Below the pieces are notes generated by a model. The model searched no databases and was not told the origin of the DNA. It saw only the letters and a program-made list of their open reading frames with translations. A DNA stretch of 64,000 bases from Candidatus Zhuqueibacterota bacterium (GTDB lineage: Bacteria > Zhuqueibacterota > Zhuqueibacteria > Thermofontimicrobiales > Thermofontimicrobiaceae): NCBI GenBank assembly GCA_049322915.1, contig JBMOPW010000014.1, forward strand, positions 32,001 through 96,000, written 5' to 3'. Below, in pieces: positions 51,238 through 62,200 of the stretch. The position numbers and the translations under genes are program-made. How positions within the stretch are numbered: position 1 is the stretch's first letter; each line of letters starts with the position of its first letter.

Positions 51238-52026
51238 CTATTGTTTTTCAACTCCCCAAACGGCGGTCTCTATTTTTGTCATCGACTTCCGCGCGGCGTC
51301 ATAACCGCGCTGGAACAGGGCGTCGGCCTGACGAAAATCATGGGGATTGAGCCCCTGCAAATCCGGAATAATCGTCACATCGCCGTTTGGCGCATGGAGC
51401 GCAATCTGGTTCAATGCCAGTTGGGACGAAGTGATCAAAACCTGAATGATGCTATCCGGCGCTTTTTTCGTCGAAACAGGCGGAAGCAATTTCACGGCAA
51501 TGACGCACTGAGCGCCCATTTCCCGAACCACGTTCGTCGGGATAAAGTTGAGCACGCCGCCATCGACGAAAATTTTTTTATCGATCACCATCGGGGTGAA
51601 CACGCCGGGAATCGCGCAACTGGCGCGAACCGCCTGGGAGACCGGCCCATACTTGAAAATTTTCTCTGTGCCCGAGGTTAGTTCCACGGCAATGGCTGCA
51701 AATTTTTTGGGAAGCATCGGGATGTCAATCGGTCCCAGTTCTGATTCGATGAATCGCTCCAGCAGGGAACTGTCCAGCAGGCCCAGTTTGGGCAGGGTGA
51801 GTTTGCTGATTTTGGTCCACGAAAGCTGTTTCACAATTTCGAACATGCGCTCGCTGGTGTAGCCGGCGGCTAAAAAGGCGCCGACAGCCGAGCCGGCGCT
51901 GGTTCCGGCAACGATGTCGATGGGGATATTGTTTTCTTCCAGCGCTTTGATCACACCGATGTGGGCGATTCCCAAAACAGCGCCGCCGCTGAGCGCCAAT
52001 CCAATTTTTTTATTCTGTTTTTCCAT
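51238..52026 (-). CDS. Patatin-like phospholipase (RssA/NTE family)
   Basis: LSGGAVLG, GTSAG, DGG. Confidence 0.93.
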   Translation of the reverse strand: MEKQNKKIGLALSGGAVLGIAHIGVIKALEENNIPIDIVAGTSAGSAVGAFLAAGYTSERMFEIVKQLSWTKISKLTLPKLGLLDSSLLERFIESELGPIDIPMLPKKFAAIAVELTSGTEKIFKYGPVSQAVRASCAIPGVFTPMVIDKKIFVDGGVLNFIPTNVVREMGAQCVIAVKLLPPVSTKKAPDSIIQVLITSSQLALNQIALHAPNGDVTIIPDLQGLNPHDFRQADALFQRGYDAARKSMTKIETAVWGVEKQ

Positions 52027-52198
52027 AGATATTTTTTTTTATTGATTCATTATGCCTTGAAGGATCGAAGACTCTTAGAAAAAAAATGAAAATAGGAGAT
52101 GGGAAGTCATTCCAATTTTTGTATTTGCTTCCAAAGATTTTCTGTTACTGAAAATTTCCGAGACTTTGAGACGTCGCGGCAAGGCAGATTTAAAAATG

Positions 52199-53479
52199 TC
52201 ACCTTGCCAGATAACCGAATTTATTTCGGAACGCTTCCGGTGTCATTTTGGCGACCTTTGCCAGTTTGGAAAGGTCGTCCGGCTCATCGAAATTTGCTTT
52301 CTTCAATTTGATCATGTATTCCTGGGCCACGGCGTAGGAGTCGGTCGTCGTGTCCACGTAGCGCAGTCTCGTCTTCCCTGTCTTCGGGTCGATGAGGGAG
52401 TCGATCGGGATCGGCGCCAGTTTCCCGGCGTCAACGCAGATCAGCGCAGCATTCAGATTGTCGTACTTCTCGTTCAATAAAAACTGCATGGCCGAATAAC
52501 CCAGGTCGCGGACATATTCGCAATCGAAGGGAATGGGTGGCGCGCAGCGCAATTCATAGCCAATATTGATCTCGACGAGGTGAATTTTTTCGTCGCGCCG
52601 GGCGAACCGGCGCTCTAATTCCAGCTTGATGATTTTGCCCAATTCAATTTCAGACATGCGAATGTTGCCATAATCATCATGTTTGATGATCACGCCGGGA
52701 ATGCGGCGCAATTCCTCTTCGGAAAATTTCGTGGCGATTCCCTCTGCGATCAACGCCACACCATCGTTGCGCCCCATGGTCTTTCGCTTCATCATGGCGC
52801 CTTCGATGACATCGCACACGTGCCCGAGGGTGACATGCGGTTCGGGAAACTCCTCTCTGATAATGGCAAGTGTGGCCCCGGCCGCTTTGCAGATTCCTAG
52901 GGTGAGATGTCCGGCCTTCAGACCCATGGTGACGATGATGTACCAGCGGTTGCTGGTGCGGGAATCCTCCATGATATTTTGAACAAGCGTCACCCCGACA
53001 TGCCTGGCTGTCTCGTAGCCAAATGTCGGAATTTTGTTCGGCAAGGGCAGATCATTGTCGATCGTTTTGGGGACATGGGCAATTTTTAATTCATGGCCAA
53101 TTATTTTATTCAATTGATGCACAGCGAAAATCGTGTCATCCCCGCCGATAGTGATGAGATAGTTCAATCCCAACTGCTGAATTGCTTTCACGGTATTCTC
53201 CAGCAAAAGGGAACTCGTGGTTGGATTGGCGCGGGAGGTGCGTAAAATCGAGCCGCCGGTGAAATGAATTCTGGAAACATTGGAGATTTCCAGTTCTGTG
53301 ATGTGCTCGGTATTCCCCTGTTGCAGCCACTCAAAACCGTCCATGATACCGACGACACGTAGCCCGGCATTTTCGGCCTCGATGGTCGCCGCTGCGATGA
53401 CGCCATTGATCCCCGGAGCCGGGCCGCCTCCCACCAGAATTCCCAGTGTGCCTCGAGAGCCCATCGTCGTACTATTCAT
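52199..53479 (-). CDS. pfp: Pyrophosphate-dependent phosphofructokinase
   Basis: GGGPAPGIN, GGDD (PPi-type Asp), PKTIDND, GYELRC. Confidence 0.9.
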   Translation of the reverse strand: MNSTTMGSRGTLGILVGGGPAPGINGVIAAATIEAENAGLRVVGIMDGFEWLQQGNTEHITELEISNVSRIHFTGGSILRTSRANPTTSSLLLENTVKAIQQLGLNYLITIGGDDTIFAVHQLNKIIGHELKIAHVPKTIDNDLPLPNKIPTFGYETARHVGVTLVQNIMEDSRTSNRWYIIVTMGLKAGHLTLGICKAAGATLAIIREEFPEPHVTLGHVCDVIEGAMMKRKTMGRNDGVALIAEGIATKFSEEELRRIPGVIIKHDDYGNIRMSEIELGKIIKLELERRFARRDEKIHLVEINIGYELRCAPPIPFDCEYVRDLGYSAMQFLLNEKYDNLNAALICVDAGKLAPIPIDSLIDPKTGKTRLRYVDTTTDSYAVAQEYMIKLKKANFDEPDDLSKLAKVAKMTPEAFRNKFGYLAR

Positions 53480-53626
53480 GTGGATCGCTCCTTGAAATCA
53501 TAGTGATTGTTCGTTTCGGGTAATGTAATGATAAAGAAATTTTTTTGCAAGTAATATTTAAGTAAAATTCATAAAAATTCTTGACTTTGGTAGTATTTTA
53601 TTGTAATTTAAAACCGCTTAAAAACC

Positions 53627-54190
53627 GTGGTGAGCGACCTAATTCATAGCAATCAGCCAAAGAAAAATTTCAGGAATATGGACAAAACGTATCGTGAATC
53701 ACGCTTGACAATTCTTGGATTGTTATTTTCTCTCTTCGTATTGTTTCTCTTCAGTAAAATTTTTATCGCCTCCATCGAATCGGAGAACGGTCTGTTCATC
53801 CTTTTGATGGCGGTGGTGTGTCTGTTATGGTTGAAGGTCATTTATAACAGCATTCATAATATTTTCAAAAAAATAGTGGTTCGGCCCCAGGGTCTTTTCA
53901 TCTATAACTCCTGGAAATCACACGACATTCGATGGGAACAAATGAGAGAGTTTGGCCGAATTGAAAAGAAGAAATTTTTCAGATCGGTCGAGGATTCCTG
54001 GGAATACTACCTGATAAAAGGGGACGATAAGAAACGACCGATAAAATTGGGCGATTCAGGTTTTAAGGGCATGGATGAAATCGTTGCCGTGATTCTGAAG
54101 AAGGCGAAACATGCGACGTGCGTGACAAAGAAGAATGTCGCTCCAATCCCGTGGATGAAGAAATTCGAGACGATCTCCTGGGAGCAGTAG
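53627..54190 (+). CDS. Membrane protein with PH-like soluble domain (true start may be ATG 53678)
   Basis: Two TM helices followed by GLFIYNSWKSHDIRWEQM. Confidence 0.65.
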   Translation: MVSDLIHSNQPKKNFRNMDKTYRESRLTILGLLFSLFVLFLFSKIFIASIESENGLFILLMAVVCLLWLKVIYNSIHNIFKKIVVRPQGLFIYNSWKSHDIRWEQMREFGRIEKKKFFRSVEDSWEYYLIKGDDKKRPIKLGDSGFKGMDEIVAVILKKAKHATCVTKKNVAPIPWMKKFETISWEQ

Positions 54191-54403
54191 TCGACCGCAT
54201 TTTACGTGACGGCAAGTTCATTCGATGCGCGAACTGCAGCGGTTGAGTTGAATGACTTTTTGAATTCTGATGCCTGTCCGTTGTTGGCGCTGAATCAGGC
54301 AATTTTTCAGGAACAATTTTTCCATCAGGGAATTTACTCATTTGAATAATGCAGGTGAAAGAAAACCATTTATAAAAATCATCAAAATGCAAAGGAAAAA
54401 ACT

Positions 54404-54886
54404 ATGAACAACGAAGAAAAAACAGGGACCCGGAAAGCTTTTTTGACAGGCTTAATCGTGGGTGGATTGGTTGGCGCCGGGATAGCGCTGTTAACTGCGC
54501 CCAAGAGCGGCAAAGAAATGCGGAAAGATATTAAAAAGGCATCATCGGATCTGAAGCACGATGCGGGAGTTCTTTATGCAGAAACCAAAGAGCGCGCAGC
54601 AGACATTCTGGAAGAGGGTCTGAAGCGAGCTGAAAAATTAAAAAAAGAAGCTGAGGAAAGGCTGGCTGAAGCGAAGCACAAAGCCGCCGAGATTATCGAA
54701 GAGAGCAAACGGCTGGCTGAGGAAGTAAAGCATCGAGCGGAACGCGCCTATGCCGAAACCAAAGAAGCAGTCGAAGAGGGCAAACATTCTGTTCAAAAAG
54801 GGACGAGCAAAATAAAGCAGGTCATTGAGTCCACCAAACAGGCTTTTCATGACGAGTCGGGCAGCGAAAAGACGAAAAAAGCCTAA
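54404..54886 (+). CDS. YtxH domain protein
   Basis: FLTGLIVGGLVGAGIALLTAPKSGKEMR followed by a coiled coil. Confidence 0.92.
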   Translation: MNNEEKTGTRKAFLTGLIVGGLVGAGIALLTAPKSGKEMRKDIKKASSDLKHDAGVLYAETKERAADILEEGLKRAEKLKKEAEERLAEAKHKAAEIIEESKRLAEEVKHRAERAYAETKEAVEEGKHSVQKGTSKIKQVIESTKQAFHDESGSEKTKKA

Positions 54887-54901
54887 GGCGCGGAGGCTAA
54901 A

Positions 54902-55282
54902 ATGATCCTTGAAATTAGTGTCGCCATCATTGCTTTTTTTGTGGTTGTCTTTGTCATCGGATTGCTGATCGTTTTGTTCCAAATACGACGCACTGCCATC
55001 GAAGCGGAGAAACTGCTGGATACAACCCGCCAGCACATTGCGCCGCTGTCCCACGATCTGGCGATTATTTTCAATGACGTGAAAAAGATCGTCGAATCCA
55101 TTAAGGGGCAGGTCGAGAAGGTGGACGAAGGCGTCTCTGATTTGAGAGAGGCGGCGAGACGCATCAGCGAATTCGAAAAAATGCTGCAAGAGAAGCTGGA
55201 GAAGCCGATCGTTGAGTTTTCCGCGTTATTCACTGCCATTGCCAAATTGCTTCGGTCGCTCGTTGATTTCTGGAAACGGTGA
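54902..55282 (+). CDS. DUF948/YtxG-like membrane coiled-coil protein
   Basis: N-terminal TM helix plus coiled coil; adjacent to YtxH. Confidence 0.75.
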   Translation: MILEISVAIIAFFVVVFVIGLLIVLFQIRRTAIEAEKLLDTTRQHIAPLSHDLAIIFNDVKKIVESIKGQVEKVDEGVSDLREAARRISEFEKMLQEKLEKPIVEFSALFTAIAKLLRSLVDFWKR

Positions 55283-55428
55283 CAGATGGCAATTTTCAGA
55301 ATCGATACTGCCGCGATTCCGATCAGCGGTTTGGTAATGAGGAGACTTTGACCCGGGGCGCAGCATCTTACCGTGGCGGAAGTATATTGGAGTACACGAG
55401 GAAAATCACCAATTGGAGGTTAAAATTC

Positions 55429-56019
55429 ATGATGAAAAACCGAATAATAAAAAGTGCTGAATTGGCTGCAACGATAATCGCCGGTGTCCTGCTGGGATTT
55501 TCATGCAGCGTCAAAGCGCCCGAAGTCAATATTACCGGCGAAAAGACAGCGCTGGAAAACCAGGTCATCGGCACCTACCAGGAAATCGAGGAGGAAGCCT
55601 GGACGTTAACATCGGTGAGGTCGACAAACCCGGGGCAGCAGGCGCCGGTCATGTCGCAGGAGAAGAAGCGCGTTTTCGAGGCGGTGCAGGGCCGGAAGTT
55701 CAACAAAGATGATATCGATGAATTCAAAAAGTCAGAAATTGTAGGTGAAGGCAATGATGGCATGCTGGTCATTCGAAATGAAGAAAAACTGAATGCCGAC
55801 TCCGAGTTGAAAAACCGGGTGACGACCATCGTCGAAAATGAGAATGGTTATCGGAAGATTATTATGGAACGAATTGTCATTTTGAATGAACAGGCCTCGG
55901 AAGCCGGCACGACCAGTGTCGGGAAAATTTTCGCCAGGATGAACCAGGACAATTCCGCAGAGGGAACCTGGGTTCAATTGGACGATGGAAACTGGGTTAA
56001 AAAGGGATCCCAAAAATAG
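55429..56019 (+). CDS. YdbL/DUF1318-like lipoprotein
   Basis: Lipobox GFS-C; GEKTALENQVIG, VGEGNDG, EN..R, GTWVQ..DG.W..K; GGAGG RBS before ATG 55429. Confidence 0.75.
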   Translation: MMKNRIIKSAELAATIIAGVLLGFSCSVKAPEVNITGEKTALENQVIGTYQEIEEEAWTLTSVRSTNPGQQAPVMSQEKKRVFEAVQGRKFNKDDIDEFKKSEIVGEGNDGMLVIRNEEKLNADSELKNRVTTIVENENGYRKIIMERIVILNEQASEAGTTSVGKIFARMNQDNSAEGTWVQLDDGNWVKKGSQK

Positions 56020-56204
56020 AGCGCTCAGATTCGGACCGAAGCGCCGCACTCATGTGAGCTTTCACTGCGCGGTGCAGGAAAATATTTATCCCAACGATTG
56101 TATCCCCGATAAAAGATCATGCCTGGATTTCATGCATGATCTTTATTTTTTCTACTCAAAATTTTTTGTTCTTCAGGCATTCATTTTAAAACGGGCAGGA
56201 TGGC

Positions 56205-59200
56205 ATGTGGGTCAGGAGAATTGTTCTTAGTCTTGTGTTCATAGTGTCCGCTTGTTCCATCAAGGCGGAGTTGAAGCAACCCATTTCCACGGACGAAAAA
56301 ACGACGGCTGCGCCAAGTCAGTTTTTCGATCTTTCCCAGGTGTATCAACAGGTGACCACGCACCCGGAAATGGACGTATTCCCGGCGATCTCGCCAAACG
56401 GCCAGTGGCTGGCGTTCGCTTCGAGACGAAGCGGCAATATGGACATCTGGGTGAAATCAACCACCGGCGGACCGGCTTTTCAAATCAGCACGCATCGTTC
56501 GGATGACGTCATGCCGACCTGGTCGTCCGATGGAAAGAAGCTCGTGTTCGTTTCATTCCGGGAAGATGCGGCCGGCGATTTATGGAGCGTTTCTCTTCGT
56601 GAAAAATACCGCGAATTGGTGGCGAAAGGCTCCCCGAAAAAACTGACTACCTACCTGGGTACGGATGTCTCCCCTAATTTCTCGCCCAATGGAAAATATA
56701 TCGCATTCACCTCCGATCGGGGAGGAGCGAACAATATTCATGTGCTGCACCTGAAACGGAAGAAAATTTTTCAGATTACCCGGAATGGCGCCATTCATCC
56801 CAACTGGTCGCCGGACGGAAAGCGAATTGTGTACGTCTCCTTCTCAGAGAACCCGGAGCGCAATGGTCAGGTCTTTTTCTCCGAATTGAATTTCAAGTCT
56901 GATGAGCCAGTCGTTGTCCGCGAAGTTGCGGTCACGACCGGCGCCTCGAACGACGCTTTTCCCGCATGGAGCTCTGACGGGAAGAGTGTTCTTGTCACGC
57001 GCTATGATCGCGATACCAATCATGACGGCGCTATAAATCCGGATGACCTGCCGAACCTGTGGAAAATAATTGTTGACCAATCCGATGGATCACAAGCCAG
57101 CCTGCTAAATCCAGCCGAAATTGACACCGCCTCGCTTCCGCTTCACGATGCTCGGGTATTTCGGGAGATGCAGTTGCTGCCGTCGCTGCATTATGACTAT
57201 CAACCTGTGTGCAGCCACGATGGAAAAGTGTATTACATTTCCCAGCGCAGCGGCAATGAGGATATCTGGGCTGTGCCGGAAGACGGCCCAATTCCCCGTC
57301 AGAAAGAGGGTTTTTTACAATATCAATTTGCATCGAGCTATTTTCCGCTTCCAGAGACTGATTTGATTTTCGTGAAAAATCATGCGACAGAGACCCGGGA
57401 GCAATTGGAAACCCGATTGATTGCTTTTCAACGGCTGAACGATTTTTTCCCGGAAGAAGATATCTGGGTCGGCTGGTCGCTCTACGAAATAGCGCGGACA
57501 TACGCTGCGCTGGAAATGACGACCATTGCCGGAACGTATCTTGAAGAGATCATCCGGCAGCATCAGGATAATCAGGAACTCGTTGGCCATGCAGAGCTGA
57601 AATTGTACGAGTTGAAGTACAAAGCCGGAAGCGGTCACCTGGAACCGCAGGTACAGGCGCTCGATGGCATCGCTGCGAAATATCACAACGCGCCGGCCAT
57701 CGCCGCGAAGGCGGAATTTTTCAAAGGGGAGACCTATTTTTTGGCCGGCCGGGAGTCGGCTGCTTTACAGGCGTTTAAAAGCCTGGTTGAGAAGTATTCG
57801 GATCAGACTCATTTCTGCGCCCAGGCGCAAATTCTGATTGGGGACATCTATGCCGGTTTCGGCGAACGGGAAGAAGTGGCGAGCGCCTATTTGCACGTCG
57901 TTCAGAATTATCCCCGGGAAGCCCACTGGATCGATGTGGCGCTGGATAAAGTGTTGGCCTTGCAGCGCGTCGAAGATTCATTTTCGAAAATTACCGGCTA
58001 CCGCGCCATTTTAACCCAATACAAACCGTACGACCGGTTGTTAGCGCGGACGCAATTGAAGATAGGCGAGGAGTTTTTTCATCAGCAGCAATTTGATGCA
58101 GCGATTCAGGAATTGACACTGGTGGAAGCGCAGTATCCGCAGCAGCGGGAAGAAATCGCCCGGGCCTCGCTCATCATCGCCCGGGTCTACCGCCGGATGA
58201 GCGAAGAATTAATGGCCATTTCGACCTATAAAAAAGTCATCCAGGATTTTGGCGATGTGCAAAGCGGCCTGTACGTGGTTCAGGCCAAAGAAGAACTGCT
58301 TGAGTTATACCTCCAGAGCGGCGACCGTTATCGCATGGCCGGCGATATGCAGGCTGCAAATTCCCGGTATCGCGGCGCCATTCAAATCATGCCTGGATCT
58401 CTGGATGCCCATCGGGGGCTGGTTGCCACCATGTACAGCCTCGGTGATATTGATGAGGCGGTGAAAAATTATGAAAAAGTCTGCCTGAAAAATCCTGACG
58501 ATGAGACCATGCGGTACATCCTGGGGCTGTGCTATTCCTATCAGGCGACTGAGGCAAGCGACCGAAGCGGCAGTCTCGATGATTTCAAGATCGGGCTGAT
58601 GAAAAAATCGAATGAGGCCATCGAAGATGCGTTGTCTAAAAATTATCGGCTCATTCCGGCCTATTTGACGCTGAGCTTCAATTATGAGGCGATTGAAAAG
58701 TATGAGCGGTATCAGCGGATGAAGCCATCGGGATTTTTCAAATCAATGGCAACGACAACGATTGCCCCGATACAATCGATTTATCGCATGCTGACATTTC
58801 AAAAAGAAAAAACGCCGCAGCGCTGGTTTGAAGAGGCCATTGACGTGCTCATCACAGCGATTTCCCTCAATGATGAAACAGTGCATCCGAATCTTGAGAG
58901 TGAGCTGGCCCTGAACCTGGCTTCCAATTATTACAATTTGCAGGAGTTTGGGTTTGAGCGGGCCTATTATTACTATCACGTGAAAATGCAATACGACGCC
59001 TCGTTTGCGAATCAACGGACCGAGGCGGAGATCTATAAACGTATGGGCCATTGCGCGCTGGTCGTTGAGGATTTTCAAAAAGGGCCGGTCTATCTGAAAA
59101 AGGCCATTGATTTGTACTCCGCGCTGGGGGACGAACAGAATAAGCTGCTCAATATCAAACGATTGGCGCTCCTCTATCAGCTTGCCGGTGAAAACAAAGA

Positions 59201-62200
59201 CAGTGATGACATCGCTGAATCGGTTGAATACGAGAAATCAGTGGACTATTTCAAAATGGCGGCGGCTCTGGATGAAAAAGCCCGGCGGTATAATATGCTC
59301 GAAGTGGGGTATCGGAGCATTGCCTATAATTATCAGGTTTTAAACGACGAGGATGAATCGGTTCGCTATGCAGAAAAAGCGCTGGATCTGATTCGGCAGG
59401 GAAAAGTCACAGAGGTCAAAGCAAAGCCAAACTGGATAAAGATCGGGATTCTGGGCGTCGAATTTCCAGTCTGGAATCTCGGCCAGATTGGAACAGGCGC
59501 GTCCACCGCCGCTGAAGGCTTCACCACGGATGAAGAAGTGGCGCTACTGTACTCAATCATTGGAAACGCCCATTTGACAAAGCGATCCATCGATGGGGCG
59601 CTTCTGTACATGGAAAAGAAGCTGCACATCTACCGGGAGCGGGAGGACAGACTTGCCGAAGCGATCATTTTGAACAACATGGGCTATCTGAACTACATCG
59701 ATTTCAGATATGATTTAGCCTGGCAACATTTTAAAAAATCGCTTCTCCTTTGCAATGAAGAAAAAAATGTTCCCGGCGCCCTGGCCAATATCTACAATCT
59801 GGGTCGGTTGGGCGTATTCATTTCGAATTTCAATGCCCTGCCGACGCAATGGAGGCAGGATACGCTGCAGCAGGACATTGTGCTGAGGACCTCAGAATAT
59901 CAATCGGCAAGCCTCGATTACCTCAGGCAGGGACTTGAACTCATTGAAAAAGAGCAGCTCGGCTACACTCAGGAGAAGATGCAGATTTACAATATCCTTG
60001 GGACTATTCATTTCATTAATAATTCAACCGCGGCAAATGGGTTCGCTGATGATGAATACGAGCGGATCCAGCGTCAGCTCGAACAACTGGATGGCTACTC
60101 TGTAGCCGATAGTTGTTACCGAATCGCGCTGGATCTGGCGCTACAGGAGAATTCCGAGCGGTTCCAGATCACGGTTCGGAATAACCTCGGAAACCTGGCC
60201 TTCGCTGTTGGCGATATAGATGATAGCATCGGGCAATTTACAGTGGCCAGGGAACTGGCCATCAAACAAAATTGGCACTCGCAGCTTTGGAAGATCGATT
60301 TTATTCTGGGACGAATATTCTCGGTTCATGGGGACGCCTCCCCTGTTTCAACGCAACATCATGACGCTTCGTTTTATTTCAATGAAGCGATCGTTTCGCT
60401 TGAACGGGATACCTATCAGTTTCGGGCAGCTAATCTCTCGCCGTTTTATCTGGCCCAGGTGCGGCAGCTTTACGAAGAGGTGGTTGATTTTGAAATTGCC
60501 AATGGGAATTTCATCAGCGGCCTGAGACTGACCGAGCAGTTCCACGGCAAGCAATTTCTCGACGTCGTGAGCGGCCATAAATTACAATTGAAAAAAGAGC
60601 GCCATAAAATATTTTTGGGCAATGCCAAATTCCTCGTTGAAGAGCTGGCATCGCTGGATCAGCGGATAAAAAACGCGGCAAAGAGAGAAGAGCCGAGTCG
60701 GCAGAAATTAGCCCAGTGGATTGACACGAAGAGAAGATATGAACAGGAATATCAGGAACTCCTGAAGGATTTAAAAGAAGAGGATCCGGAATTGGAGGCG
60801 TTCATCCATGTCGAACCGGTCACGTTCAGGCAGGTGCAGGAATGTCTCGGCCCGAAATCGCTCATCGTGGACTATTTCATGACCGACTCCGGCGTTCATA
60901 TCTGGCTCGTCAGCGCCGACTCGGTGAACCATGTTCGCGTGGAAATCTCCCGGGAGAGGCTGGAGCAATCGATCTCGGCTTTTTGCGCTTCACTGGAATC
61001 CTCGGTCGCAGACACAGTGGCCGCCTCCGAGATGTCCCGGGTTTTCATCGACCCGGTGAAACAGCGTTTAGCTCCGTACACGAATATCATCGTCGTGACT
61101 GATGGGCTCATTCGCATGATCCCCTTTTCCTATTTGATCAATTTTACCGGCGATGAAGCATCGCGCCTGAAGACTGTGTCAACCGCGCCGTCGCTGGCGA
61201 ATTATTATTTCGGTTACGGGAAGAGAAAAATCCGGGGATCAAATCTGCTGCTGGTCACAGATCAGCCCAAAGCCGGGCAAGACTTCATCGGCTTTAACGC
61301 CGTCAGGCTGGACGCTTCCACTCCCGCAGACGACAGGAAAGGCCGATTCGTCGAAGCGCTCCAGCAATCGGATATCATCTTTTTCGATGCGGAGCTGGAC
61401 GGGCGAATCGTGGATCCGCTGATGGCGCAGATAGCGCCCCGCTTGCCGGGCAAGCCATTCAGTTTCACGCTGAAAGATTTTTACTCAATGGATCTGGCGG
61501 CGTCCGTCGTCGCCATCAACGGCCATCAGGAATCCGGACAAGTCTCTTCGCTGATTCTTGAGAGGGCATTGATGTATGCCGGAGCGCCCAGTATTGTCCA
61601 ATCGTTGTGGCCCGGCAGTGATGCACGATTCTGGAACCACTTCTTTGAAGCGCTCCAGGATTATCCTCCGGCAAAAGCCCTTGTAAAAGCTCAGGAAACG
61701 CTGAAGAATGAAGGCGCGCCGACCGAAGTCTGGGCCGGCTATCAGGTGGTTGGTTTTGAGGGCATGACCGATGATCAGGAGCAGCAGTTCGCCAGGGACA
61801 GTTTTCAATTGACAGTGAACGATGCATCGGACGATTTTCAAAAGGAAAAATGGGGCGATGCGGTTAAGAAATTTGAACAGGCGCTGATAATGGCCAAAAA
61901 GGAGGGGAATCCCGAGGCGATTGCCGACCTGCAAACCATCATCATTCAAAGCGCGGCGCGGGCGGGAAACTATGACAAAGCCATTCAGTTCCAGCTTGAC
62001 CTGATCGGGAAAGCAGAGAATGAAGGGGCCGTTCAGCAACTCATTGAAGGCTATAACAATTTATTCGTCTTTTACACCAACAGCGGGAACTACGAGCGGG
62101 CGATATTTTTCCAGAATAAATTTTTGGAGTTAGCCAAGGCATACAATCAGCCGACGGAAATCGCCGGGTCCTATTACAAATTGGGACTGGTCCATGAGCG

